Positions 1 through 12,266 of a stretch of 58,004 bases of DNA are shown here, one piece after another. Source of the stretch: Octopus bimaculoides (taxonomy: Eukaryota); the NCBI RefSeq assembly GCF_001194135.2, contig NC_068993.1, positions 11,480,497-11,538,500 on the forward strand, in the 5' to 3' direction. How positions within the stretch are numbered: the first letter of the stretch is position 1; every line of letters begins with the position of its first letter. Made by a program: the position numbers and the translations under genes. The notes beneath the pieces were generated by a model. It worked only from the letters and a program-made list of their open reading frames with translations, did no database searches and was not told the origin of the DNA.

Positions 1-1440
1 TATATATATATATATATATATATATGAAACGTAACATACCTTCTGAAACATACTCAGATATATACATCGGTGCGTGTCTATGTATACACGTAGGTAGGTG
101 AGATGTAGTTAAAAGATCAGTCGGTTGGTCGATAGAGAGACAGATATGTAAAAAGTATGCAACTGAGACAAAAGTAACTAGAAATATAAAGTTCGTTTAT
201 ATCTGCTGACTCCGTATTTGTGTGCCAGTATCCTATTTATTTCATTGCATTTTCCCTTGAATATCTGTTTGTGTGTTTGTGCGTCAAAAAGTATTTTGTT
301 TTATTTTTGCTGTGTCGTTAGATTTTCCTTTCTGCTGGATTTCATCGAATATAAACAGAAGATAGTAACTCAGTAAGGTCTCACTGTACATCGGAAGGAA
401 GGATAAAGTAAATTCTGCTATTCTAATCACAAGCATTGCTACATAAAATAGAGCCTCACAACTTATATGTTGCACATCAAACGAGCACGAAATTAGTTGT
501 TTCATCTCACCTATCATTTGATGTGTCGTTCATATTCAGTAGTCGATCACTTTCGTCGTAACTGCGCACATATACAAGCACGCAACTGCACGCATGCGCT
601 CGACGCTCACATAGACAAACACACGCATGGCTCACACCCAAAAGCAAACATTAGCGCTAAAAAAAAACTGATGAGTGAGAGGGAGTAAATATATATATAT
701 ATATATATATCTGCACATGTAAGTGTGTGTGTATTCATACATACATACGTACGCATACAGGCTAACGCATGTACACACAGGCCCATATACGTAAGAGGCA
801 ACAGATCCACAGATATACAGGTAAACGTGTAGTTATAAGAGAAATGCGTATATAGAGTTGCATCTAACCACACGTGTATGCATATCTGTACAGGTATAAG
901 TACCTACATATATATANNNNNNNNNNNNNNNNNNNNNNNNNNNNNNNNNNNNNNNNNNNNNNNNNNNNNNNNNNNNNNNNNNNNNNNNNNNNNNNNNNNN
1001 NNNNNNNNNNNNNNNNNNNNNNNNNNNNNNNNNNNNNNNNNNNNNNNNNNNNNNNNNNNNNNNNNNNNNNNNNNNNNNNNNNNNNNNNNNNNNNNNNNNN
1101 NNNNNNNNNNNNNNNNNNNNNNNNNNNNNNNNNNNNNNNNNNNNNNNNNNNNNNNNNNNNNNNNNNNNNNNNNNNNNNNNNNNNNNNNNNNNNNNNNNNN
1201 NNNNNNNNNNNNNNNNNNNNNNNNNNNNNNNNNNNNNNNNNNNNNNNNNNNNNNNNNNNNNNNNNNNNNNNNNNNNNNNNNNNNNNNNNNNNNNNNNNNN
1301 NNNNNNNNNTATATATATATATATATATATATTTGTATGCATGTATGTATATATGTATATATTTATCTAATATATATAAATATATATACTTTTATGAATT
1401 TATGTTGCAAGTTTCCTGATGTGAAGTCGTGGTTTGAAAC

Positions 1441-1808
1441 AGATAGTGTTGCATTTCGGGATGGTCTTTTTGTTTGCCAAATAAACGCAAGCACTATATA
1501 TTCGTTCTTCACTCATTTATTACTGTTCTTATTCTAACTCATGTTCATTCTTCGGAAATCTTTTGTTACGCATCTGTGACCTCCTCACCGGTAATTTCCG
1601 CCTTCGTGTGTGCTCTTACTCTGCTTATTCCATTTTGCTCTTCTTGGAGAAGAAAGTGTGGTTGAGGAGGTCACAGATGTGTGATGAAAGAATTCCGGAT
1701 AATATACAGGAGTTAGTATAATAACAGTAATAAACAAGAGGAGACCGAATATATAGTGCGTGTGTTTATTTAGCAAAGAAATGACCAACTCGAAATACAA
1801 CAATATAT
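1441..1808. mobile_element. Foldback / MITE-like element: ~150-bp imperfect inverted arms (1441-1589 and ~1660-1808) around a ~70-bp spacer
   Basis: Left arm ...aaataaacgcaagcactatatattcgttcttcactcatttattactgttc...catctgtgacctcctca aligns to the reverse complement of the right arm (aaataaacacacgcactatatattcggtctcctcttgtttattactgtta...catctgtgacctcctca) at roughly 75-80% identity by eye. No coding capacity and no clear TSD. Confidence 0.7.
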
Positions 1809-2525
1809 ACCATATATAAGAGATAAATACACTTTTTCGAAATTTATTTCATCACATATTTGTTTTGCAACATTATTTCACTATATTATATAACATAAAA
1901 TGCCTTGCATATGATTACAATACCATATTAATTTTTGTATATATACATAACCTACACAGTTGGTGAACATAATGCTTCGTAATCACATGCTCATATGTCT
2001 ATATACATATATATTATATTATATTATATTATATTATATTATATTATATTATATATCCGGATTTTTGGCGTTGAAATATATTAATTAGCATTCATGATAC
2101 ACCATCCGCATATTTTTCATTAACACCATTTCTTATTAGGCGCATAATTATAACCAATATGTTTATCCATATAACTCTGACTTAACCCTTAATATTAATA
2201 CAATTTTATTTTATTTTATCTTCATTCTGATTTTTTATTTTGATCTTTCTTCTTAATCCCATACTTATCATATTACAATAATACATAATATCACACCTCT
2301 TGTTAACCCCGCCTTACTTATACTCCATGTAATTCACCTATATCCAATATTTACCTAAACTTTACAACATCATCCCAAATGATATCACTTATTTACTCTT
2401 AACTCTATGTAATACTATCAAATTCCATTTGTTTACTCTCTCTCTCTTCCCCCTCTCTCTCCCCTCTCTCTTTCCCTCTGTCTCTCCCTGTCTCTGTCTC
2501 CCTCTCTCTCTGTCTCTCTCTCTCT

Positions 2526-2562
<37 letters not shown>

Positions 2563-4861
2563 CACGTTGAATTTATAAATTGTATACTAGTTTTCAGCCG
2601 CATATTCTATACTCCACCACTTAAAATGTTTGATATTTAGGACACCCATATAACCCACATTTTAGACAATTGATAATAGTATATCTAATCATTAAAACAA
2701 TAATTATATAAACCATATTTAATACCAATATACAAGTACAAATTTAATATATTATCTCTTCATCTTGTAATTACACCATTCAATAATTTACCTTAAACCT
2801 TACTATTAATATATAATACCTAAATCATTGTTAAATACACTATGCGTATAATTACCATTACACAAACCACAAATTTATATATTTTTTAATACAAACCCTA
2901 TTTTTACATAAATGCCGTTTGTTGAACATTTTATCTTTTATTTTATATAATCGTATAATCCAGCTTTAATCACTGTTGATACTTTTAATATATTTTGCTA
3001 TATATAAATATGAAACTTAAAACTACACGTGCATATTTATATCCATATTAACCCGAAAACGTATAGACATATTTCACTAGTATAATGCATGATATTTTTG
3101 CATTATTATTAAAAAATATACCGACAGGTTTAATGATATGGACGAAGGGAGATTACTAGTCAATCACATTTTTAACTAGGGAAATAATACTGTAACACCT
3201 GGTTTTTAATTTCTCTCGAGTCCGATATATTTATTTTTTATATACCTAATATTTTTTACATACATAATATTTTTTTCTTAGAACACCGGAAACTATATCC
3301 TAACCTATTTAATCCTAAATAATAACAATGCGCTGTGTTTCCTTATGTCTCTCATTATCCGGGCCTATAACTAAAACTTAAAATAAAGCAAGAGCGAAAG
3401 CTGAGTGAGACTTCTATGATAATCTTTAAAACACTCGATGATCAGATAACGGAATCCATTGATTCTAGATCTAAACAGCACGGCATCTTGGTCAATGTAT
3501 GCGTTGTGGTTCCTTAACAAAAGTGCCCTTTCCGCGCTTGTGTGTATATTTCTTTTCTAGTTACACCAAAAGTTGATAGGAGAATGTATTAGTTTGATCA
3601 ACAGAAACTAAGTATGACGATGCTATATGCTACTCCTTGTTACTGTACTCTTCCAGTGTTGCAATGGGCCCCACTATGACTGAGAATAGAGTACTAATTT
3701 TGTAATCCGTGACGTGTAATATTCAATTTCGATATTTTTGAAACTAGGAACAAATTATGATGTACGTTCTTGAGCAGAAACGGTGTTTACAAAAATATCT
3801 GCAGCTGCATGTTGAGTTTACATTGAAATATTATTTTGCTCAAAAGAAAACCGCGCAATGTAAAACAGATACCAAAATCTTATTCATAAATTAGGTTCAG
3901 ACTTATAATTCAATTACATAATTTTCGTTGCTGATGTGGCATGTGAAGGAACACCACAACAAGCCATTTTATTGTAACATACAATGATTTTGTGTTGAGT
4001 TAAATCAAATAGATCATATTGATTGATTTACTATATGACTAAATATTTAGAAACGAAACATAAATAGCTATGGTGTTCATAATGTTCGCATAATATTGCT
4101 TTCCTGCATATATCAAATACATCTTGTGCACTAGAATCGAGAAGAGCCTTCTGCTCCAACTGTATGGCCTTTGCTAACATGTGGATATTAATTTAATACG
4201 TTTGCTGTTCTTTGTCTTCTTTTCTATTGGCAGTTTACAGTGAAAGACAGACGATGTCTTTCTACATTTAATGATACCTTTAGGTGTTGAGATTCACTGA
4301 GATGACGGCAGAGAAATAATGGAACACCGAAAATCTTTATAAACATAACAGTTTCAAAATCATTCTGAAATACAATGATACACAATAGAAACAATGACTA
4401 TCTGTAGTTGAATTCCACATTAACCATTACTCAATATGCCAAACGTGATTTACAATATAATACAGTTGAGAGATAAATGCAATCCACACGAGAGAAAACT
4501 GAATATTTGACCCATGGCAAAGGTATTACCGGTCTCAACACAATGTCAAGAATACAAGTATTATAAGAAAGAACGAAGAACCAAGAATATTAAAGGATAA
4601 CATTCTGTAATTAAAATGGCCATTGGACAAGGATCAAGGATTAGATATTTTCGACCTAAACTAAAGAGAATATACTGTTTGAAAGCAGTTTACTGAAATC
4701 AATGTATTCTCATTGAAAAGAAAACGTTTGAAAGGCAGAACGAAAGAAAATAGAACGAATAAATGGCAAATTCTTTTAACATACATCGGCACTTATGTGT
4801 GTCTCTTAATGCAACTACTAGTAGTAGTTGTAGTAATGATAATGATGATAATACTATTACT

Positions 4862-5185
4862 AATAATAAAAATGATTTCAAATTTTTACCACAGGGACAG
4901 CTTGTGGGAGGTGGGGATGAGTCGATTACATCAACCCCAGCGTTCAAATGGTACTTATTTTATCGACCACCAAAGGATAAAAGGCAAAGTCGACCTCGGC
5001 GGAATTTGAAATCAGAACGTAGTCACGGGCGAAATACCGCCTGTTAACGATTCTGCCAGCTCGCCGCCTAACTACTACTAATAAAATACCACCTTGGCAG
5101 TATTTGAGCACAAAACATGAAGATGGACGAAATTGCATTAAACATTTTGCCCGGTGTGTTAACGATTCTGTTACTCCTGCCCTAT
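4862..5185 (-). mobile_element. tRNA-derived SINE (octopus-type) plus adjacent second fragment
   Basis: Contains gtcgattacatcaaccccagcgttcaaatggtacttattttatcgacc..aaaggataaaaggcaaagtcgacctcggcggaatttgaa..cagaacgta...ttaacgattctgccagctcgcc. This is the reverse complement of the element repeated at 25.8, 36.4, 39.6 and 43.8-44.4 kb in this window. Confidence 0.85.
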
Positions 5186-5684
5186 TAAACACATGTTGAA
5201 GTAATGTACACATGATAAAAAAAATATCTTGATATTACTCTCACAGTTAGCCACAAATATTTACATTTTGCTTCGAACAATGAATGCTTAAGGCAGCCTT
5301 ACGACAATACTAAAACACTTCAAGAAAAATGTGTTTACTGCTGGAATGAGCTTAACTGTGAGAATATTTCTGCTTGGTGTGATGTGTAAAAATCGATACT
5401 AAATTTTTTTCATGAATTTCTACAAAGTATCCATGTTTGTCTACGGAAGCAACACAGAGTCGATCTTAGTGCGTACGGTGCTTCTCAGCAAGTGCTTGCA
5501 TCTTTAATGATTCTCCTGAATCAACTGAGCTAAAACACGATCGTCTTCTGGTGACTATGATTTCTTTGACGAAAATGCAAGCATTCGCAAAGCATTTATC
5601 GTCTACTTGAACCGCATCGTTTGAACTTTCAGATATTTTAGTTTGTCGGTGCCACTATAAAAAACTCCTGCTCCATTTTTCACC

Positions 5685-6125
5685 CAGTGACTGCAAGAGT
5701 AAATGATGATTGTAGTGATGGCGTTACTACCTTTGCTCGAAATTATCGCAATAAATTACTTATCTGTCTACATGACTTTCAAGAAGTGACAGACTTTATC
5801 GATCGTTCTGATAGCGTATAAAAGTATGGATATATTTGTTGCAATCACGAAGGCCCAACACGTACACACAAACAAAAATCTATAAAATCTAAACATTTGA
5901 ATGTTTGAGAAATACCATCGCATCTGCAGGAAAAAGTGTAAAAATGCATCATGCAAAAGCAGGTCTCTCCGCGATAGTCTCAGGCGTCAACTGGTTGCAA
6001 TGGCATTATGATACTCAGTACCCGATGTATTAATTACTGCTCTGCCACTCTACAGTCAGCGCTTTGGTGCATCTTGCCTGGATGCTCACCAAACACAATG
6101 AAACAATGCTTGATTGTTGGATACA
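5685..6125 (+). pseudogene. Degenerate coding relic, probably transposon-derived, family unassigned
   Basis: Protein-like translation broken by stops and frameshifts: PVTARVNDDCSDGVTTFARNYRNKLLICLHDFQEVTDFIDRSDSV*KYGYICCNHEGP... / MFEKYHRICRKKCKKC... / LRRQLVAMAL*YSVPDVLITALPLYSQRFGASCLDAHQTQ*. Confidence 0.35.
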
Positions 6126-7491
6126 TACATATGTAAGATCGATTAGGTCTATATATCCCTTAGAAAAACACATCCTTCGTAAAAGTTCATGTTAGCCTTA
6201 CGTACATGTCTGTTGACGTTAGAAGGACTGGAATAGAGAAATGCATGCGATACACGCAATATTCGTGAACAACGAAACCCACACTGATAAATGATCTGAT
6301 TCGATGGGTTCTCCGACTGAGATATAGAGCCAAGAAAAAGAATACCTACATCCCGCATCCCTGTATTGGATGCAAATTGTTTTCCTGCTGACCCTCCATA
6401 TGCTATGAACTAATCATTGAGTGGCTTCCTCGTTATGTATGGAAGCAAACTTATGTTGACCAGATGATGATGGTCATATAAAATTATCGGGTATATTTCT
6501 GTAGATGTATATCCATCTTTTTAAGATATAAGGACCTTAACCGAATCACAATCAATTTAAATAGCAAAACAAGCAAGGAAGTACGTGTGGATCCTACATA
6601 CAATCATTATTGAATGCATTCAAAGATAACACCGACAGCCGAATGATAATCAGTTAACCTAACAGATGCCAGGTCGTTTGTGGTATTGCTCGATTGTTTA
6701 AACTCCTAAAAATAATAGACGTTTCTCCTCTGATTCACGATATATCATAAATAATATGAAAAATACATAAAACATGGTCGTCGTTAATATGAATTAAGAT
6801 GCCTGGTTATAGCTGGAACAGGGTTGGACGTATTTCCGTTGAAAGAAGGTCCACCAAGTATGCAAAAAGAAGCACTTGCATATTTGTTCTGTTTCGTGTC
6901 TCTACACTTCTGCTAAATAGATCCTGGGTCATCTGCAACTTCAAGGTGCTTTCGCGATGTGAACATATCATCACTTGCTCCAGATAAATATCGATAAATA
7001 TATAATCAAATATAGTTGTCTGAGAAGTGAAATACATCAACTTTGAAGGTAAATATGAATTGATTCATTCCTCTTCTTGGTTCTCTGAAAGCAACTCTTG
7101 GCTTTGCTGAAAAGAATTGAAACGGCTAAATCCATAAACATAAAGCATGTAAAAACCCTTGGGAATTAAATCTGGACTAACTGATATACAGTATGACATT
7201 CTAAGTTATGCTAGTAACATGAGATGTCTGCCGTTTATTCTGTTTCTCAGTATAATTCCGTCGCTAAGGAAGCGATACATCCAAAAGTAAATTCTTGAAT
7301 TCTACATGCCGGAACCATATCACTCCTGTGAGTATTAAAACTAAAATTTCATAGAGGTCATACATAGTTACAATACTTCAAAGAAATCGCCGGCTGATTT
7401 CTTTGAAGTTCGGACATTTTACAAGTGTTAACTAAAACATGATTTATTACTACTACAAAGAATAAAACTGTCACTTTCTCTACTTTGATTT

Positions 7492-7642
7492 TTAGCTAGT
7501 AATGAGAATTGAAATAATGTCAGAAGAGAAAGTCGATGTCGTTAATATGGTCAATATTGATGGAGTGGAAATACGGTGAAATGAGTTCCATCCGTGACTG
7601 ACTGGTCGATGTAGGCTTGTTGGGTTAACATGGGTGACGTTG
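7492..7642 (-). CDS. Candidate terminal exon with Ser/Thr-rich then hydrophobic tail (unidentified protein)
   Basis: Acceptor ...actactatattcAG at 7644-7643. The phase-2 frame reads NVTHVNPTSLHRPVSHGWNSFHRISTPSILTILTTSTFSSDIISILITS*, and its phase is compatible with the 18477 donor. An alternative frame (ATSPMLTQQAYIDQ...*) is also open. Confidence 0.3.
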
Positions 7643-7939
7643 CTGAATATAGTAGTAATGGTTTCTGTATACACAGACACACACACACACACGCACGCAC
7701 ACACACACACATACACACACGCACACACACACACACACACATATACAAACACACAAACACATTCACCACCCCACACAAACACACTCATAGACATTTATAT
7801 ATATATTGGTTTGTGTGTGTGTGTAAGTATGTCTATGTATGTATATATATATGCATATATACATATGTATATATGTACATATATGGGTGACGTTGCCGAA
7901 TATAGTAATAATGATCTCTGTACACGCACGCACACGCAC

Positions 7940-7972
<33 letters not shown>

Positions 7973-8051
7973 AACCCACACACAAACACATGCATACCCC
8001 ATACAAACGCATACACAGACATTTATATATATATATGTGTGTGTGTAAGTA

Positions 8052-8095
<44 letters not shown>
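7630..8095. repeat. Tandem duplication, period 253 bp, of a unit containing atgggtgacgttgc(t/c)gaatatagta(g/a)taatg plus (CA)n/(TA)n/(TG)n
   Basis: Unit starts at 7630 and again at 7883. Both copies continue through CA repeats to agacatttatatatatat..gtgtgtgtgtgtaagtatgt. Confidence 0.85.
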
Positions 8096-8096
<1 letters not shown>

Positions 8097-8434
8097 TTCT
8101 AAATTCTAATGAGGTACAAAGTCTAAAGTTTAATGACAGCAACATTATGGCTCTGAGTGATACATGTAGAGAGTTAAACTGCTCAAACACTTTTCTAAAG
8201 AATTTATTTGCAACCAACAATCACTATTGCGCCTCCACTCATTCGTGAGGTATACCTGTTTATCTATGTTACACATGTATATCACTCACAAAATATATCG
8301 ATTGATATGTCACTAGCATTAAAAACTGCTTGCAAATTGCAATCGCTTCCTTTTTCATAGCCTTTCTCTTGCATAATGTCATTTGCGTATAATATTTTTG
8401 TATTCGTTCATTCTTTTACTTTCTTCAGTTATTT

Positions 8435-8630
8435 GACGGTGTCCATGTTGGAGCGCCATACCATGAAGGATTTTAGTAAAACGAATCAACTCCGGGACTT
8501 ATTTTTATTAATCCTAATATTTATTCTGTCGGTATCTTAGGCCGAGCCGCTAACTTACGCGGATGTAAACACACATGCCCTGGTTGTGAAGCGGTGATGC
8601 CGAGACAAACACAGACTCAAAATTACGCAC
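8435..8630 (+). mobile_element. SINE copy (second family), degenerate
   Basis: ccatgttggagcgccataccatgaaggattttagtaaaacgaatcaactccgggacttattttt...gccgagccgctaacttacgcggatgtaaacac...ggttgtgaagcggtg...gacaaacacagac. Typical SINE body ending in a CA-rich tail, recognised from memory of octopus repeats. Confidence 0.65.
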
Positions 8631-8779
8631 ACAGATATATGTGTATATACTACGGACTACCTTGTAATCCTCCTGGTAATACGGATTGTGATCTCAAGGG
8701 ACACGTCGTTTGTGGAAACGCGAATAGTGATGCATCAAGGCATTTATGAATTCCGTCCAATGACTATTGCTATTTTCAA

Positions 8780-8820
<41 letters not shown>

Positions 8821-8844
8821 CTCTTTTACATGTTATTTGGCTGC

Positions 8845-8998
8845 AGGCTTGTTTTCAGTTTCCATCTACCAAATCCACTCACGAGGCTTTGGACAGCCCG
8901 AGGCTATAGTAGAAGACGCTTGTTCAAGGTACCACTCAGTGGAACTGAACCAGGAACCATGTAGCTGGGAAGCAAGTTTCTTACCAAACAGCCACTCG
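8845..8998 (-). mobile_element. tRNA-derived SINE (third family)
   Basis: Reverse strand reads gagtggctgtttggtaagaaacttgcttcccagctacatggttcctggttcagttccactgag (A- and B-box-like tRNA head). A related copy lies on the plus strand at ~22290-22380. Confidence 0.75.
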
Positions 8999-9204
8999 TA
9001 TATACATACATACATACATACATACATACATACATAAATATATATATGTATATATGTATGTGAGTCAACGAGGGTATGCAATTTCCGAGCATACCAGCTC
9101 ATGATTCAACAACTCTTAATCATATAATTCGCAGTGGGATTGAACCCAGACCATTTGGTTGGTAGTAATGAACAGATACCATTGTCTTGAACTTTATGTG
9201 TATA

Positions 9205-9405
9205 AGCAAGGCGGCGATCTGACTGAATCGTTAGTACATATCTTCTGTTTCTATGTACTGATGTCAAATTCCTCCAAGGTTGACTTCACCTTTCATCCTT
9301 TCTGGGCCGATGATATAAAGGCCACTTGAGCAGTGAGGGATATGTAGTCGAGTTTGCTCCTCCCCCGAAAAAAAAAATGAGTTTTTGTGCCAAAGTTTGA
9401 AACCA
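9205..9405 (+). mobile_element. tRNA-derived SINE, degenerate
   Basis: aaggcggcgatctgactgaatcgttag...tcaaattcctccaaggttgacttcacctttcatcctttctgggccgat...tttgtgccaaagtttgaaacca. Same family as 39580-39810. Confidence 0.7.
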
Positions 9406-11233
9406 AGTGAAATGAATCCTGCAGTAATACTTCACATAAATTTGTCGGTTCGAATTGCACTGATATAGAGCACGTATTTATCTTCTGTTATGGTTTCCAG
9501 TTTGAAGTATCAGAGAACTGAAATAGTTGTTAAAACTATAAAATCCCAAATCTGTACCTATAGTATGCATCAGTGTTTTTTTAAACATTTTTGCATATAG
9601 AAAACAACGAAGTAGAGATATACCAAAAACAAATCACACACACACACGCAAACACACACATAAAGTAGATAGATACATAGATAGAGGGATAAATATATGC
9701 AAATGTTTATCTCATTCTCTGCGTTCGTGTCTTATAGTACGAAAAAAGAAGAAATAGCCGTATGTGTAGCAAAGAAAGGATTGTTTCTTTTTGCATATTT
9801 AAACGTATAAATTTATCTAGGATATAGATAAAATATCTAAACCATCTTAAGGGATTACTGTGTTTTTTCTGCCAGCCATGACTGATGTAACAGTATACAA
9901 TAAATAAAAGATAAAATATAATTAAAGCAAAACAACAAAGGAATATGTAAAGCTTATGCTTTAATCTGAGGGGAAAAAAACGTCTTTTTTCTCTCTCTTT
10001 ATAAACTAATGTCTAATATAGACTACAAAAACCATTCAAAATAGTCTTTAGAAAAAAATGTCTTCAGTAACAAGGAAAAGAAATCATGGAATACGATCTG
10101 ACGAGATTATAAAACTCATTTTCTCTCTCCTTGCATCCATTTTGTTTTTGTGATAATACGACTAAGCACTATGTACATTAAAAATACTTAAATATGGCCA
10201 CTTGCCGAAAGGTATAAAATGTACGGCGGTCTGTTTTAAGTCTTCATTGATTATTTACTCGTGTTTAAAACAAGACAATCTATATAATATCTGTTTTATT
10301 TTATATAATACGTTATATGATACTTTTGTTTTAGTTCTTGACTTCCGCCATTGTAGTGCGAATACATACATACATACATATATANNNNNNNNNNNNNNNN
10401 NNNNNNNNNNNNNNNNNNNNNNNNNNNNNNNNNNNNNNNNNNNNNNNNNNNNNNNNNNNNNNNNNNNNNNNNNNNNNNNNNNNNNNNNNNNNNNNNNNNN
10501 NNNNNNNNNNNNNNNNNNNNNNNNNNNNNNNNNNNNNNNNNNNNNNNNNNNNNNNNNNNNNNNNNNNNNNNNNNNNNNNNNNNNNNNNNNNNNNNNNNNN
10601 NNNNNNNNNNNNNNNNNNNNNNNNNNNNNNNNNNNNNNNNNNNNNNNNNNNNNNNNNNNNNNNNNNNNNNNNNNNNNNNNNNNNNNNNNNNNNNNNNNNN
10701 NNNNNNNNNNNNNNNNNNNNNNNNNNNNNNNNNNNNNNNNNNNNNNNNNNNNNNNNNNNNNNNNNNNNNNNNNNNNNNNNNNNNNNNNNNNNNNNNNNNN
10801 NNNNNNNNNNNNNNNNNNNNNNNNNNNNNNNNNNNNNNNNNNNNNNNNNNNNNNNNNNNNNNNNNNNNNNNNNNNNNNNNNNNNNNNNNNNNNNNNNNNN
10901 NNNNNNNNNNNNNNNNNNNNNNNNNNNNNNNNNNNNNNNNNNNNNNNNNNNNNNNNNNNNNNNNNNNNNNNNNNNNNNNNNNNNNNNNNNNNNNNNNNNN
11001 NNNNNNNNNNNNNNNNNNNNNNNNNNNNNNNNNNNNNNNNNNNNNNNNNNNNNNNNNNNNNNNNNNNNNNNNNNNNNNNNNNNNNNNNNNNNNNNNNNNN
11101 NNNNNNNNNNNNNNNNNNNNNNNNNNNNNNNNNNNNNNNNNNNNNNNNNNNNNNNNNNNNNNNNNNNNNNNNNNNNNNNNNNNNNNNNNNNNNNNNNNNN
11201 NNNGAAAGCATGATTATACATGGATACATACAT

Positions 11234-11270
<37 letters not shown>

Positions 11271-11896
11271 CAAATACATATGTGTGTATATATGTATGTG
11301 TGTGTAGATATGTATATCTATGTACATATGTAACGCCTTTGTGTTTGTAATTCTATGTATGTGTTGTTAGAAAGGATTGAAAAATTGAATGTAAAGTAGA
11401 GTTTTAGAAAACGGGTCTTTGTAACAATGCCGTTACATAAAGGAAAATTCACTTGAAACTATACATGTAAACTCTCAGGGAGTACGCGTGAAGCCGTGAA
11501 GGAGTGGTCGGATTGAAAATGGTGATACATCATTAGATATCATGGTTCACACAAGGACACAACTGGATCTAAGTTCAGTAGTCTATCATGAAAAGATACT
11601 AATCAATTTAAAGATTAATTCATTAACATTAAGTTCTATCCTCTAGGCTGTAATTACATCTAGTTAATGATCGCGCACAGTTTCAAAGTAAAATGCTATT
11701 AATTTCACATATACAAAGTATATATATATATATATAATGGACCTCCAAGACAAGAATACACGAATATGAAATCATTAAATGTCTATGTATACTAAACCAG
11801 GGATATAATGAAGATATAGACAACAGGACGTCGGATAACCGACAAAGTGAAGAAGAGAATACAAGCTTAAAATGTTATTGTAGCCTATCGGAATAC

Positions 11897-12029
11897 CTGT
11901 ATATTCAGGCAAATGTTGGGCTTTAACTATCGAGCGGGATGCTGCAGTGGGGCGGATTCGACAATGTCCGTTGTAATTTGGCGTGGAGACCCAGAGAGGC
12001 AGTCCGTTGGCCGGGGCGACGTCAGCTGC
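11897..12029 (-). CDS. Weak candidate exon inside a GC-rich island
   Basis: gacttAG|GCA GCT GAC...TAT ACA G|GTattc; 133 nt reading AADVAPANGLPLWVSTPNYNGHCRIRPTAASRSIVKAQHLPEYT. The acceptor lacks a good pyrimidine tract. Confidence 0.2.
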
Positions 12030-12207
12030 CTAAGTCATCGGCCAAAGGTGCTTTGCTTAGAAAAAAAATTCAGAGCAGAACAATGGACTATATCAAAAGG
12101 AATAAAAATCGCCTGGCACGTGTATCACGTTGGGAGTCATTTAGTTTTTGAACGGAACCCCTTTCCCACTCGGGCATGATGCGTTCATACAAATAAAGAC
12201 AAAATCC

Positions 12208-12266
12208 ATCCGTCCATCCATCCATCCATCCATCCATCCATCCATCCATCCATCCATCCATCCATC
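12208..12266. repeat. (CATC)n microsatellite running into an assembly gap
   Basis: Direct reading. Confidence 0.95.

Noticed and set aside
284-560. Minus-strand exon-like pieces (acceptor near 392, donor near 508)
   Set aside because: Short, no coherent frame chaining and AT-rich; indistinguishable from chance.
4234-4283. Strong plus-strand acceptor followed by FTVKDRRCLSTFNDTF
   Set aside because: The donor (GTGTTG) is poor and there is no partner exon.
6790-7050. Protein-like frames on both strands
   Set aside because: Every splice-bounded version contains stops and there is no consistent boundary pair.
7497-7576. Plus-strand exon LVMRIEIMSEEKVDVVNMVNIDGVEIR
   Set aside because: Weak donor (GTGAAA) and it overlaps the longer minus-strand open frame. 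Not excluded, but not supportable.
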